Origin: an uncultured Methanoregulaceae archaeon
Lineage (GTDB): Archaea; Halobacteriota; Methanomicrobia; Methanomicrobiales; Methanospirillaceae
Assembly (NCBI GenBank): GCA_963705255.1
Contig: OY970061.1
Span: forward strand, 1,760,001 to 1,824,000
Direction of reading: 5' to 3'
Length of the DNA: 64,000 bases
Position 1 is the stretch's first letter. Each line of letters begins with the position of its first letter. A program made the translations under genes and the position numbers. The notes under the pieces are model-generated. The model did not search any database and had not been told where the DNA came from. It saw nothing but the letters and a program-made list of their open reading frames with translations. This document shows, piece after piece, positions 54,050-64,000 of the stretch.

Positions 54050-54481
54050 ATGGTGGAGTTTAAAATCGTTGTATCAGACCCCAAGACCGGTCGTGCCTTT
54101 AATGTTGATGCCAGTGGCGGAGCGGCAGGATCTATCGTGGGCAAACGTATCGGTGACGAATTCGATGCCGGCATGCTGGGCCTTGCAGGCTACAAGATCC
54201 TGATCACCGGTGCATCCGACCGTACCGGGACCACGGCAAAAAAAGGCCTTCCGGGTGCAGGGCGCAAGAAACTGCTTCTCTCCGGCGGGATCGGGTTTCA
54301 CCCGAAGATGGACGGCGAGCGACGGAGAAAGATGATCCGCTCAAATGAGATCACCCAGGACTTCGTGCAGATCAATGCACGCGTCACAGCATACGGTGAA
54401 AAGCCGCTGGACGAGCTCTTCCCGAATGTCGCCGGCGAGAAAAAAGCGGAGAAACCGGCAGCAAAAGCCGGTAAAAGATAA
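54050..54481 (+). CDS. rps6e: 30S ribosomal protein S6e
   Basis: FKIVVSDPKTG..ITGASD..GERRRK. Confidence 0.93.
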   Translation: MVEFKIVVSDPKTGRAFNVDASGGAAGSIVGKRIGDEFDAGMLGLAGYKILITGASDRTGTTAKKGLPGAGRKKLLLSGGIGFHPKMDGERRRKMIRSNEITQDFVQINARVTAYGEKPLDELFPNVAGEKKAEKPAAKAGKR

Positions 54482-55036
54482 AGGCAGATTGCCATTTTAC
54501 CTACCGATTCGTAAAGAGAATTAAAGGGCAAAATGGTAAAGATCGTACCGGAATGTGAGATAAAAAAAATATACCTGCTTTCTCATGGGAAAAGGAAGTG
54601 TTGCCGGTGCACCTATGAATGTACTCCGCACCGGCTTCCACTCTGTTTTACCAAAGATCAATGGAGAGAAATTATCCCCTGGTTTCTCCCGGAACAGAGC
54701 TTTCAGGACATCTCGTCCTGTACCGGTCCAGAACGGAAACGCATCCCAGGGCACTCACACCGGTTCGGACTGCTCTCACCAAAGAGGGATGGGCAGGGGT
54801 TGTTGATGTTGAAACCCTTCAATCTCTTGTCTCACGGAAAGCATCTACAGGTTTAGTCGTTAAACAGGGATTATACCTGAGATCAGGTTCGGAGCGGGTT
54901 CAAAAAAGGGTATGGAGTGGCCGGTCAGGATGCTTTCGTGATCGTTTGGGTCATCACTGCCATGGTAATGGCAGCAGTGATGCGATAGTTCCATTACCAC
55001 TCTAAACTGTTCCCGTTGCACCGGTCGCCGTGTCCC

Positions 55037-55567
55037 TCAACGGGTCTGCGCAGGTTGGGCGACACCCGTTGTGGCGTCCGCTGACAGTGTCACCGTACCA
55101 TAACTGGTACTGACGCTTCCCTGCGTAAGCAGCTTGCCGCCCTTGTAGATCTCGACGGTCAGGGCATGTTTTGTCGAACTGTCCAGTTTCTGGAAACTTG
55201 CCTGGATACTTCCGTTTGCATTCACTATCTCAAAGTACCTGTCACCGGAACTCTGTACGGTCTGCAGATCCGACGGCATTCCGTAGGTCCCTTTAAATCC
55301 GCCAATATAGCTGACATGTACCTGGACACCGGTTGCGGGCGCGGCCTGCGTGGTTGTCTCGACAACAACGATAGTCGGGGCCGCCGACCCTGCAGAAGTT
55401 GTCGGAACAGGAGATACGGTACTGCTCCCGGAACCTGCTGCCTGCCCGGATGACCCTCCGTTTCCCCAGAAAAATACGAGTGCAACAGCCACAACCACAA
55501 TAATACCCACGATCGTGGCAATAGTTACCCAGGGTTTATCGAAAATATCATTTTTCCTCTTTCTCAT
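55037..55567 (-). CDS. Membrane-anchored hypothetical protein
   Basis: N-terminal TM helix, Ser/Thr linker, beta-rich domain. Confidence 0.65.
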   Translation of the reverse strand: MRKRKNDIFDKPWVTIATIVGIIVVVAVALVFFWGNGGSSGQAAGSGSSTVSPVPTTSAGSAAPTIVVVETTTQAAPATGVQVHVSYIGGFKGTYGMPSDLQTVQSSGDRYFEIVNANGSIQASFQKLDSSTKHALTVEIYKGGKLLTQGSVSTSYGTVTLSADATTGVAQPAQTR

Positions 55568-55680
55568 GGTTTCCGTCTCCGGATTCGGTTTATGAAAGAT
55601 AGTGAATCAATCAGCAAAAAACTTTGGGCACCATGCCGGTCCAGGTTTATGCCGGCAGGTATACCGGAACACAACTCAGC

Positions 55681-56142
55681 CTATCCTTTTTTTATCATCT
55701 GCCTGAGCGGTTCCAGGAGGTCTTCAAAGGGTACATCGTATTTTTTGGCGAGCAGGACGAGTGCTGCCGGCGGGAGGAGGTTGCCATCATATCCGTCTTT
55801 GATGATCCGGTTCATCTCTGCGACAACAGCGGTCTCCTCCATCTTTGCGGAGCGGGTAATCCGGATAACGAGTTCCTGCACCGGATCATTGCGCTCGAAT
55901 ATGGCAGATGTCGGCTTGAACCCGATCGGGATAATAACCTCCGATATATCAAACCGGGGGGTATACAGGCCGTTCTCCTGGCCGATCAGCCCTTCCTCCT
56001 CAGCCCGGCGGAGGAGGAGGTTCGCCTGTTCGGTGCTCATCCATTTACGGTCAAGGGCATAGTAATAGACGATCTCATTTTTCCGCATCCCGTTCTTGCG
56101 CGTGTGCCGGAACGGAGCCGCAACGGTGAGCCTGAGGGTCAT
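55681..56142 (-). CDS. DUF2240 family protein
   Basis: LRLTVAAPF..ALDRKWMS..A. Confidence 0.8.
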   Translation of the reverse strand: MTLRLTVAAPFRHTRKNGMRKNEIVYYYALDRKWMSTEQANLLLRRAEEEGLIGQENGLYTPRFDISEVIIPIGFKPTSAIFERNDPVQELVIRITRSAKMEETAVVAEMNRIIKDGYDGNLLPPAALVLLAKKYDVPFEDLLEPLRQMIKKG

Positions 56143-56561
56143 TTCTGGGCACCCAGGAGGATATTTTTCATATCCAGTGCATCCAACCCTTCACCGCGCC
56201 CTTCCTTTGCAATATCGATATCGGTACGGGAGACCTGGTCGGTGAGGCGGAGATAAAAAATATCATTCGCAATCGGGACCTTGCCGCCACCGCGCAGGGC
56301 GAGCGCGAGAACGGATACCCGCAGGTCGGCGGCTTCGGTGATAACCCCGGGCCGCAGGGCATCCGGGGTTATTTCGCCGAATGTCGCACGATCAACTGCT
56401 ATCTCAACTTTTGTCTTTACCTTGACCAGCTCTTTTCCGGTGGTTTTTGTAGATTCCTCGTTGTTCAGGCCGGCGATATATTTCAGGGTCTCGTTAAACG
56501 GCATTCCCATCGCAAACGAGAGATCCACTCTCTGAGGGAAACGATAATAGATCCTTCGCAT
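56139..56561 (-). CDS. Conserved hypothetical protein
   Basis: ATGA overlap with the DUF2240 gene. Confidence 0.6.
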   Translation of the reverse strand: MRRIYYRFPQRVDLSFAMGMPFNETLKYIAGLNNEESTKTTGKELVKVKTKVEIAVDRATFGEITPDALRPGVITEAADLRVSVLALALRGGGKVPIANDIFYLRLTDQVSRTDIDIAKEGRGEGLDALDMKNILLGAQK

Positions 56562-56804
56562 AGCTAGACTTTGAACATCTGAAAGAAAAAAGATTGCTGA
56601 ACCGTGCGAAAGACTGCACCTGTCAAACGGGTTTCAGAAGCAAGAGGAAATTGCGGGATTCCAAAAAGCCCTTCCAGATAAAAGAAATGAAAGAGGTATA
56701 GTCCCATTCTAGCGACTATTTTTTATGAATGGGACATTACATAATTTTCTTTGTGAACGCTCTTGGGGGCTTCGGCATGTTGAATCTCTAAGAGATGAGA
56801 CATG

Positions 56805-57087
56805 AGAAGAACCCGAAGAATTCAAATAAATTCTTCGGCTCTTCGAGGTTCTGATGAACCGCTCAGAACCCGCAGGGTTCTTCGAACAATGGTTCCTCAG
56901 TTCAAGATTTTCCCATGAAAATCTTCTCCACAGCCTTCGGCTCCACCCTCGCCCCGGGCAGCCTCCACAATGCGATAATACTTCAGAAAGTACGTGGGAA
57001 GCGATCGAAGAAATACGCTGACAGGTAATACAGAGCAATCGCAAGCGCAGGGGTGGGTCGAGGGAGGGGACAGGCACTGTCCCCTCC
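56805..57087. repeat. Degenerate multi-hairpin element plus a perfect GC-rich hairpin
   Basis: CCGAAGAATT-N6-AATTCTTCGG, TCGAGGTTCTGATGAACC (cf. 48984 TCGAGGTCCTGATGAACC); GGAGGGGACAG-GCA-CTGTCCCCTCC at 57063-57087. Confidence 0.6.
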
Positions 57088-57255
57088 TTGATTATTGATC
57101 GATTTTAACCTTTATGATTCATCTGAAAATTGAACTTTTTTCAAGTTGAACATAAGAACGGTTAATCAGGTAATTTTCCGTCGTTAACACAGAGCAATGA
57201 TGGTGGTCAAAATGGTACTATTCTTATGGAAAAAAGAGTTTTGATATCGTATCGG

Positions 57256-57633
57256 TTATTCGAGTAACAACGCGTTGATGATACCGTCCTGGCCCGGGCG
57301 GCTCATGATGCGGGCGCGTCCGATCTCGGTCTTGATAATCGCACCCTTGGTAAGGAGGTTCCGGCGCACGTAGTTCGGGTTTGCCCCGTTCTCCTCAACC
57401 TTCTCGATCTTCACCTTTCTCGTCTCGCCGTTTGCCGGGTTGGTAACATTTGCAAAACTCGCACGCAGGGCACGCACCTTGTCGTTCCCGCCGAAAGTAC
57501 GGATGATCCGTCTCCGGTCCTCGCCGATATGGGTGTCTGCCGGTGCAAGCCCGATCTCTGCTCTCCGCTTCATCTGTGCCGGGCGGCGCCTGCCACCGGT
57601 TACCTTTCGTATTGATTCTCCCTGCCACTGCAT
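57256..57633 (-). CDS. rps8e: 30S ribosomal protein S8e
   Basis: RKVTGGR, RTFGGNDKVR, SRPGQDG. Confidence 0.95.
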   Translation of the reverse strand: MQWQGESIRKVTGGRRRPAQMKRRAEIGLAPADTHIGEDRRRIIRTFGGNDKVRALRASFANVTNPANGETRKVKIEKVEENGANPNYVRRNLLTKGAIIKTEIGRARIMSRPGQDGIINALLLE

Positions 57634-57746
57634 GGTGTCACTCTCTTTCCGGTCTCCGGGAGTCCTGCCCCGAAGGTGGTGCTCTATATATTCTCTTCTG
57701 AATTATTTATAGTACTTCCTTTTCCCCGTGCGGTGGGCGGGTCATT

Positions 57747-58394
57747 TCAGGACAGGATGGCATCAAGGAGCGGGGCAACACCGTCTCCGGTCTTGAGGTT
57801 TGTCCTGAACACCGGCATCTGCGGGTTGTACCGGCGGATGTCCGACTCCATGCGGTCAAGGTTTGCCCCGACAAGCGGCGCAAGGTCGACCTTGTTTATC
57901 ACGCCGATCGTACAGTCGCGGAACATCATCGGGTGCTTGTTCACCACGTCGTCACCTTCCGTCGAGCTCACGACAACGATACGCTTCTCGGCCCCGAGCC
58001 GGAAGTCCGTGGGGCAGACCATGTTGCCCACGTTCTCGATAAAGAGGATATCGATGGTATCGAGCGGGAGGTGATCGATTGCATGCTCCACCAGGTGGGC
58101 ATCGAGATGGCACTCCTTGCCGGTATTTGCATTATAGGCCGGGATCCCGAGCGCGATGATCCGTTTGAAGTCATCGTCGCCGTACACGTCACCGGCGATC
58201 GCACCTGCTTTCAGACCTTTTTTCCCGAGCAGCGGAACGATCCGTTCGATAAGGGCGGTCTTGCCTGACCCGATCGCTCCCAGCAGGTCGAACGCCCGCA
58301 CCCCATGGGTCTTCAGGTGGTTCGCATTTTCGTCAGCAAGGGTGTTGTTGGCGTCGTAGACATCCTTCTCAATCCTGACGTCGATATGATGCAT
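57747..58394 (-). CDS. hypB: Hydrogenase nickel-incorporation GTPase HypB
   Basis: GAIGSGKT, ECHLDAH, ENVGNMVCP, NKVD. Confidence 0.93.
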   Translation of the reverse strand: MHHIDVRIEKDVYDANNTLADENANHLKTHGVRAFDLLGAIGSGKTALIERIVPLLGKKGLKAGAIAGDVYGDDDFKRIIALGIPAYNANTGKECHLDAHLVEHAIDHLPLDTIDILFIENVGNMVCPTDFRLGAEKRIVVVSSTEGDDVVNKHPMMFRDCTIGVINKVDLAPLVGANLDRMESDIRRYNPQMPVFRTNLKTGDGVAPLLDAILS

Positions 58395-58448
58395 GGTATA
58401 ACGTGGGAGCGTACACTGTTTATACCTTGACCCACAAACGATCCTGCA

Positions 58449-58723
58449 ATGACAAAAGGTGAGTACACATTATATCCCTGCTACTTCAATGCCGCATATT
58501 CACGCGGGGAAGGCAGGAGAGTCCCGCGCAGCCTCGGGGTGAAAGGTCCGGTGCTCACTGACCTTGAGCGCGCCCTCAGGCGGGCCGGGGTGAATTTCAG
58601 GGTGGATGACCACCACCACCCGGCCCACTGGGCCCGGAGGGAGGCCGCGTCATCGCGGAATGGGGCGAGAGCAAAGAGCGGCTGATCCGGAAAGTTGCCC
58701 AGAAGATGGAGGTACGGAAATGA
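58449..58723 (+). CDS. srp19: Signal recognition particle protein SRP19 (frameshift near 58643)
   Basis: LYPCYF..SRGEGRRVP; shifted frame GRVIAEWGESKERLIRKVAQKM. Confidence 0.85.
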
Positions 58724-59372
58724 GCGGCATGTATGACCTCCATACGCACTCGATCCTCTCGGATGGCGAGATGCTGCCGATCGAGCTGATCCGCAGGATG
58801 GCGGTATCGGGTTATACGACCGTCGCAATCACGGACCATGTGGATACCTCAAATACCACCTCCGTGATATCGACGCTCAAGCGAGTGCAGGCATCGGCTG
58901 AGCTTTTCGGGGTCAGGCTTCTCTGCGGCGTAGAGATCACGCATGTCCCCCCTTCACTGATCGCGGACCTCGCACAAGAGGCAAAAGATGCAGGTGCGGA
59001 CATCGTCGTTGTGCATGGCGAGACCCCGGTGGAACCGGTTGCCCCGGGACCAACCGGGCTGCCTGCTCATGCAGATACGTGAATGTGCTCGCCCACCCGG
59101 GTCTTATCACTCCCGAAGATGCCCGGCTCGCTGCAAAAAACCGTGTCGCGCTGGAGATCACATCCCGTGGCGGGCACAACCGGACAAACGGCCATGTGGC
59201 AATGGTTGCACGGGAAACAGGCTGCCAGCTCGTCATTGACTCGGACGCGCATGCTCCGGGGGATATTCTTGACCGGCGCGCGAAATTTATTGTTGCCCGA
59301 GGGGCCGGACTGAACGAGGGCGAGTCTACGCAGGTAATATCTTTAAATATCGACCAAATCCTCAGTTCCTGA
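58720..59372 (+). CDS. PHP-domain hydrolase (frameshift near 59048)
   Basis: DLHTHS..SDG, AITDH, GVEITH, LAHPG, DSDAH. Confidence 0.85.
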
Positions 59373-59473
59373 AATTTCTATTTATACTTTCACGCAATTT
59401 TTAAATACCCTCGCGTCAAACATATATAGATTACCAAATTATTCCAGCCATTGTATCCTTGAGGTTCTTTAGC

Positions 59474-59698
59474 ATGAAGGTTGTTGGTCGAGCGATGAGC
59501 ACCGTTGGCGATCGGATGCTCATCATCCAGTGCGATGCCGCCCAGCTCCCCCCGCTCTACAGTGAGCTCATCGACCGGAAGATGAAACCGGTCGGAAAGA
59601 TCCTCGACCTCTTCGGAAATGTGAAAGCGCCGTATGCAGCAGTCCTCTGCCGTGAAAAATGCACCGTCCAGCCCAACGAAAAACTCTTTGCAAAGTAG
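59474..59698 (+). CDS. gar1: H/ACA RNP component Gar1
   Basis: VGKILDLFGNVKAPY; upstream of tfb. Confidence 0.8.
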   Translation: MKVVGRAMSTVGDRMLIIQCDAAQLPPLYSELIDRKMKPVGKILDLFGNVKAPYAAVLCREKCTVQPNEKLFAK

Positions 59699-59764
59699 GG
59701 AAACGACATGGGATAGCCGGTCAGAACGTTATCAGATCAACCCATGAAAATCAGGTGAATGTGG

Positions 59765-60769
59765 ATGCAGGAAGTAGAGAAATTAAAAGTCCTCCAGTCT
59801 GAAAGAGAGGCACTTAAATCACGCACAAAGCAGAAAGAGCACGAGAAAAAAGCCGAAAACCATACGGAGACCGTCTGTCCCGAGTGTGGCGGCAGGCAGC
59901 TCGTGCATGACTATGAGCGGGCCGAGCTTGTCTGCCAGAGCTGCGGTCTGGTCATTGACGATGACTTTATCGACCGGGGGCCCGAGTGGCGTGCATTCGA
60001 CCACGACCAGCGCATGAAGAGGTCCCGCGTCGGCGCACCGATGACCTTCACGATCCATGACAAGGGTCTCTCTACCATGATCGACTGGCGCAACCGGGAC
60101 TCATACGGCCGGGCCATCTCCTCCAAGAACCGGGCGCAGTTATACCGTCTCCGCAAGTGGCAGCGCCGCATCCGCGTGAGCAATGCGACCGAGCGGAACC
60201 TCGCGTTCGCGCTGTCGGAACTCGACCGCATGGCCTCCGCACTCGGTCTCCCGAGAAATGTCCGGGAAACCGCAGCAGTCGTGTACCGTGATGCTGTCGA
60301 CAAGAACCTGATCCGCGGGCGGAGCATCGAAGGTGTCGCAGCAGCGGCCCTCTATGCGGCCTGCCGCCAGTGCAGCGTCCCCCGTACCCTTGACGAGATC
60401 GCAGAAGTATCACGGGTCTCCCGGAAAGAGATCGGCAGGACCTACCGGTTCATCTCCCGTGAACTGGGCTTGAAGCTCCTCCCGACATCGCCCATCGATT
60501 ATGTGCCGAGGTTCTGCTCCGGCCTGACCCTCAAGGGCGAAGTCCAGAGCCGTGCCGTGGAGATCCTCCGCCAGGCCGGCGAGCGTGAACTGACCAGTGG
60601 CAGGGGTCCGACCGGTGTCGCGGCCGCTGCAATTTATATCTCTTCAATCCTTGGCGGGGAGCGCCGCACCCAGCGGGAAGTGGCTGAAGTGGCCGGGGTT
60701 ACCGAAGTAACCATCAGGAACCGGTACAAGGAGCTGGCGGAAAAGCTGGATATCGAGATTATCCTCTGA
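59765..60769 (+). CDS. tfb: Transcription initiation factor IIB
   Basis: CPECG..CQSCG ribbon, GPEWRAF, cyclin repeats, [12 protein letters not shown]. Confidence 0.96.
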   Translation: MQEVEKLKVLQSEREALKSRTKQKEHEKKAENHTETVCPECGGRQLVHDYERAELVCQSCGLVIDDDFIDRGPEWRAFDHDQRMKRSRVGAPMTFTIHDKGLSTMIDWRNRDSYGRAISSKNRAQLYRLRKWQRRIRVSNATERNLAFALSELDRMASALGLPRNVRETAAVVYRDAVDKNLIRGRSIEGVAAAALYAACRQCSVPRTLDEIAEVSRVSRKEIGRTYRFISRELGLKLLPTSPIDYVPRFCSGLTLKGEVQSRAVEILRQAGERELTSGRGPTGVAAAAIYISSILGGERRTQREVAEVAGVTEVTIRNRYKELAEKLDIEIIL

Positions 60770-60976
60770 TATTCTGACCTTTTTTATCTGTTTTGATGAC
60801 ATGGATATTTCTACCAGCGTGTCTCCGACAGGTTTGCACAAGGATGATTTCTCAATAGAACCCATTTCAACCAGAGTAACGCTCTCTCTTACCTGTCAAA
60901 CGGATCATTCCCGGGTGCACCCGGACACCAACAACTATATTCCTGCGGCTCAAAACCTATAATCCACACCAGCAGC

Positions 60977-61048
60977 GGGCTCGTAGATCAGGGGTAGATC
61001 GTTACGTTCGCAACGTAAAGGCCGCGGGTTCAAATCCCGCCGGGTCCA
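60977..61048 (+). tRNA. tRNA-Ala (CGC)
   Basis: GGGCTCG/CGGGTCC acceptor stem, anticodon arm TTACG-TTCGCAA-CGTAA, GGTTCAAATCC. Confidence 0.95.
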
Positions 61049-61081
61049 TATAACGCCTTTTAAGATTTTTAAGAGGGAGAA

Positions 61082-61267
61082 TTATTTCTTCTGCAGGATC
61101 TCCTGCACTTCGCTTTCCAGCGTCGACTTCAGCCGCTCAACCGCTTCGTTGAGGTCATTCGTGGTAGTAACCGTGAACGAGTTATCACTCTTGGGGTCAT
61201 GATAGTTGACAGTGTATTCGATCTGTCCGTCTTTTGTCTTCCTGGGTTCGATGATCAGTTTTGCCAT
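61082..61267 (-). CDS. Small hypothetical protein (61 aa)
   Basis: AAGGAG RBS, plausible beta-beta-alpha sequence. Confidence 0.6.
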   Translation of the reverse strand: MAKLIIEPRKTKDGQIEYTVNYHDPKSDNSFTVTTTNDLNEAVERLKSTLESEVQEILQKK

Positions 61268-61464
61268 GAAAACTCCTTTCCGGATCGATTGCCCGGAGTA
61301 TTGTTCTAGTATATCTCCCGGTTCACAAAATGGTTATCTGTTCCGGCAAAAACTGCCCTGAATCAAAAGAAAACGGGGAATGAGTTCCCAAAAAATCCCC
61401 TCGTGATCAGTAACAACTATAAGGAATCCGCAGAAAAATAGTATGCCACAGATCTAACGGTAAA

Positions 61465-61536
61465 GGGCTCGTAGATCAGGGGTAGATCGTCACGTTTGCA
61501 ACGTGAAGGCCACGGGTTCAAATCCCGTCGAGTCCA
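61465..61536 (+). tRNA. tRNA-Ala (TGC)
   Basis: GGGCTCG/CGAGTCC acceptor stem, anticodon arm TCACG-TTTGCAA-CGTGA. Confidence 0.95.
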
Positions 61537-61557
61537 TTCTTATTTTCTGTCATGTTC

Positions 61558-61651
61558 TCGAAGACCGTGAGGTCTTGTCGGGTTCGAAGGGCCGGATCCG
61601 AAGGGATCTTCAGGACCCCGGGGATGAGAAGAACTCATCAGAGTTCTTCGA
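61558..61651. repeat. Multi-hairpin dispersed element
   Basis: AAGACC-GTGA-GGTCTT, GAAGAACTC-ATCA-GAGTTCTTC; inverted homolog of the 48954 element. Confidence 0.75.
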
Positions 61652-61665
61652 GCCCTCGCGTTGGG

Positions 61666-61690
61666 ACGGGTTCAAATCCCGCCGGGTTCA
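61666..61690 (+). repeat. Duplicated tRNA-Ala 3' end (att-like)
   Basis: ACGGGTTCAAATCCCGCCGGGTTCA; 21 nt identical to tRNA-Ala(CGC) 61025-61045. Confidence 0.75.
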
Positions 61691-61892
61691 TCCTTCTGGT
61701 ATCTTTTGTCCGGGACCGCAAGGTCTGGCTGTAAAGGGGATCTCCGGCACCCGGTACCGGAAAGTTAAAACATGCCTTTGCTCCTGATAAGTCTCTGTGC
61801 AGAGGGATGCTGCAAGGGCTGATCCGGGAGGGTCGAATCTTTGGAGCGTTTGTACGGAGGGCGTCACAGGGGTACACGCAATCCGGAAAAAA

Positions 61893-62339
61893 TCAGTCGA
61901 TCCATTCAAGCAGCTGGTGCGGTTTTTCTTCAGCACTCTTCCGGATGAGTTTCTGTTTCACTTTTTTTACCGCTTCATCAGCAGGGGAGGGGGGCCGCTC
62001 GAACTGCCCGTAGTCCATGTAATCGCGGGTGATCCAGTCATCGCCACCGACAGTAATCTCATGGGCAGTTGATTCCGGCCCGCTGACCGGGTCGGGATTT
62101 GCCTGCTGGTCTCCCGTCCGCAGGACATCATGGACCATTACCGCAGGTATACCCTGGTCCTGATGCGTTTCCAGTGCGGTCATCACCGGAGGAGGTGGAG
62201 TGAGAACAGGGGGTGCAGCCGGGGGGACGTCCCGGACCGGCAGCGGACCTGACCGTGAAAGAAGAAAATCCACAAAGTCCTCCACCTCTTTACGGTCGTC
62301 GGGTGACAGCTGGCCGAGTTTGCTTTCCAGTGAGTTCAT
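61893..62339 (-). CDS. Hypothetical protein with DUF2281-like N-terminus
   Basis: QLSPDDRKEVEDFVDFLL followed by a Pro-rich linker. Confidence 0.55.
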   Translation of the reverse strand: MNSLESKLGQLSPDDRKEVEDFVDFLLSRSGPLPVRDVPPAAPPVLTPPPPVMTALETHQDQGIPAVMVHDVLRTGDQQANPDPVSGPESTAHEITVGGDDWITRDYMDYGQFERPPSPADEAVKKVKQKLIRKSAEEKPHQLLEWID

Positions 62340-62420
62340 AGGAGACGCCCGGAATGTCCGGATAATAAAATGTCTCGCTGTAATGATATTTTAAGCGAGC
62401 GCCGGACCGGATACAAAAAA

Positions 62421-63285
62421 TTATTTCCAGTGGTGCTGGTATCCCCGCTTTTCGAGGGGTTTTCCATCCGCCATCACTGCCTTTTCCGGGACGGCTGTGC
62501 CGATGACCGTTGCGGCGACCTCCTGTACCGGAAACCTGCCGGGGGAAATGGTAAAGATCAGTTCGTAGTCCCCGCCGCCATAGAGCGCCAGCTCGCGGGC
62601 CTGGTCCGCGGGAATGCCCGCAGGGAGGGGGAGCCGCGACGAATCGATTGAAAAACCGCACGGGTTGACACTCATCAGATCATAGAGCGAGAGCGCGATG
62701 CCGTCACTGTCGTCCATCATCGCACTCACTCCTGCCCGGCCAAGGATCTGCCCTTCATCCACGCGGGGCTGAGGTTCGAAGAGCGCTTTCTCGTACCTGG
62801 GGGTACCCGTCCAGTCGCGCCTGGGCCTGTCCCGGCGTGCCGGTGATACAGACAAGGTCCCCGGGTCTTGCCCCGGTCCGGCGCACGAGATGATCTTTGT
62901 CCACAAGGCCGAGGCCGGTCGTGACAACGGTGAGCTCGTCGTGCCGGTCTATGTCCCCCCCGATGATGGCGGCGCCGAACCGCGTGCAGCAGTCTTTTGC
63001 CCCCTGCATCACGCCGAAAAGATTCCGCCAGTCATCGAGCCCTACGGCGATGAGCACGTATTTCGGGGCAGCTCCCATGCTTGCGATATCGGAAAGGGTG
63101 ACGGCGGCGCTCATCCACCCTGCCTGCCAGTCCGTCATGCCGGGAACAAAATCTGTTGTCCGGTGCAGCATGTCCGTGGTCGCGACCATGAACTGGTCCC
63201 CGCAGGGCAGGACGGCACAGTCATCAAGGCAGTTTTCCCGCCCGACGATGTCCATCACGGTTTCAAGGAGTTTCCGATCATCCAC
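62421..63285 (-). CDS. thiL: Thiamine-monophosphate kinase (frameshift near 62800)
   Basis: DDCAV, TTDML, SDIASMGA, GGD, DDSDG, GGGDYEL. Confidence 0.9.
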
Positions 63286-64000
63286 CTTTTCGTACCTCCT
63301 TACCCCGTTCGCTTTTGTACTCTTTGAAGATGTGCTCTATCATCTCCGATCTCTTCTCCCGCTCTGCCTTTGCCCGCCGGTCCCTCCAGCGGGTAAGCGC
63401 GGCTCCCAGGGTTTCTTTTCCGCACAAACCCTGGTTTCCCCGGACCTGCACGCCAGCCTCCGTATCGGACAAAAGCGGGACACCGGCTTCCGCAAACGAA
63501 GGCGGGAGCAACGGGTCGCCCTCATAGAGGACCTTTTCTCCCACGATGACTGCCTGTACCCTGAGCTCGGCGAGGTCCTTGATCACGCTCCTCCCCCAGC
63601 CGTCCGTGCGGGTCACAAAGATGAGGTCCCCCTCGTCAATTCCTACGTCATCGGCCAGCCTGCGGAGCCCTTCCCGGGTCAGGGTCTCCATCACTTTCAC
63701 AGGCAGCACATCGCCGTCCATCGAAAGTTCAGCGAACTTTTTGATCCTCCCGAGCCGTTTTACGAGGTTGCGGTTATGCCGCTCTTCCTTGCGCAGGAGC
63801 TTTTTCAGGCTCTTGATTACCGCTTCCTTTTTGAGCACTTCTGCATCCTTTGCCAGCTCCACATCCCGTGAAGTATGCACCTTCCTCAGGCGCGACTGGA
63901 GCCGGTGGACTTCGTAGTCCTTCTCCTTGACTTCTTCCTGAAGTTCGGCAACAAACGTGCGCAGGCGTTTCACTATGCCATCGAGCACCCGCACCCGTTC
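63278..64000 (-). CDS. DUF460-like coiled-coil protein, C-terminal part (runs off window)
   Basis: Coiled coil followed by PVKVME..T; ends IFKEYKSER. Confidence 0.7.
   Translation of the reverse strand, partial: ERVRVLDGIVKRLRTFVAELQEEVKEKDYEVHRLQSRLRKVHTSRDVELAKDAEVLKKEAVIKSLKKLLRKEERHNRNLVKRLGRIKKFAELSMDGDVLPVKVMETLTREGLRRLADDVGIDEGDLIFVTRTDGWGRSVIKDLAELRVQAVIVGEKVLYEGDPLLPPSFAEAGVPLLSDTEAGVQVRGNQGLCGKETLGAALTRWRDRRAKAEREKRSEMIEHIFKEYKSERGKEVRKGG

Noticed and set aside
54663-54708. Glycine riboswitch (GGAGAGA...CTTTCAGG)
   Set aside because: Lacks the conserved CCGAAG/GCAA core, and no plus-strand gene follows to regulate

Overview
Chromosomal segment of a methanogenic archaeon. Gene content (archaeal histone, RadA, TFB, Rps6e/Rps8e, SRP19, Gar1, DUF1890/DUF1894) and S-layer-type domains point to Methanomicrobiales, Methanoregula-like; this is inferred, not searched. 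Most of the window is housekeeping: lysA/dapL, leuCDB, 2-oxoacid:ferredoxin oxidoreductase, IF2, hypB, thiL and three tRNAs. About 13 small indels break conserved genes and look like sequencing errors. The standout is an accessory block at about 4.2-10.7 kb with three fluoride (crcB-class) riboswitches. Two are back-to-back and drive two divergent dynamin-like GTPases, one of them behind a deleted enolase remnant. The third drives an operon of a COG1689-like prenyltransferase-repeat protein, a Zn-ribbon/HEAT protein and a winged-helix protein. No Fluc/CLC-F exporter is visible in the window. Other notable items: a minimal NifH/D/K-like (group IV-type) operon, an ABC-ATPase plus TOPRIM pair, a low-GC HNH endonuclease beside a G-rich palindrome array, a dispersed family of GAAGAAC..GTTCTTC hairpin elements (one sits between tRNA-Ala and a duplicated tRNA 3' end), and a 23-bp motif shared upstream of two S-layer-domain paralogs.
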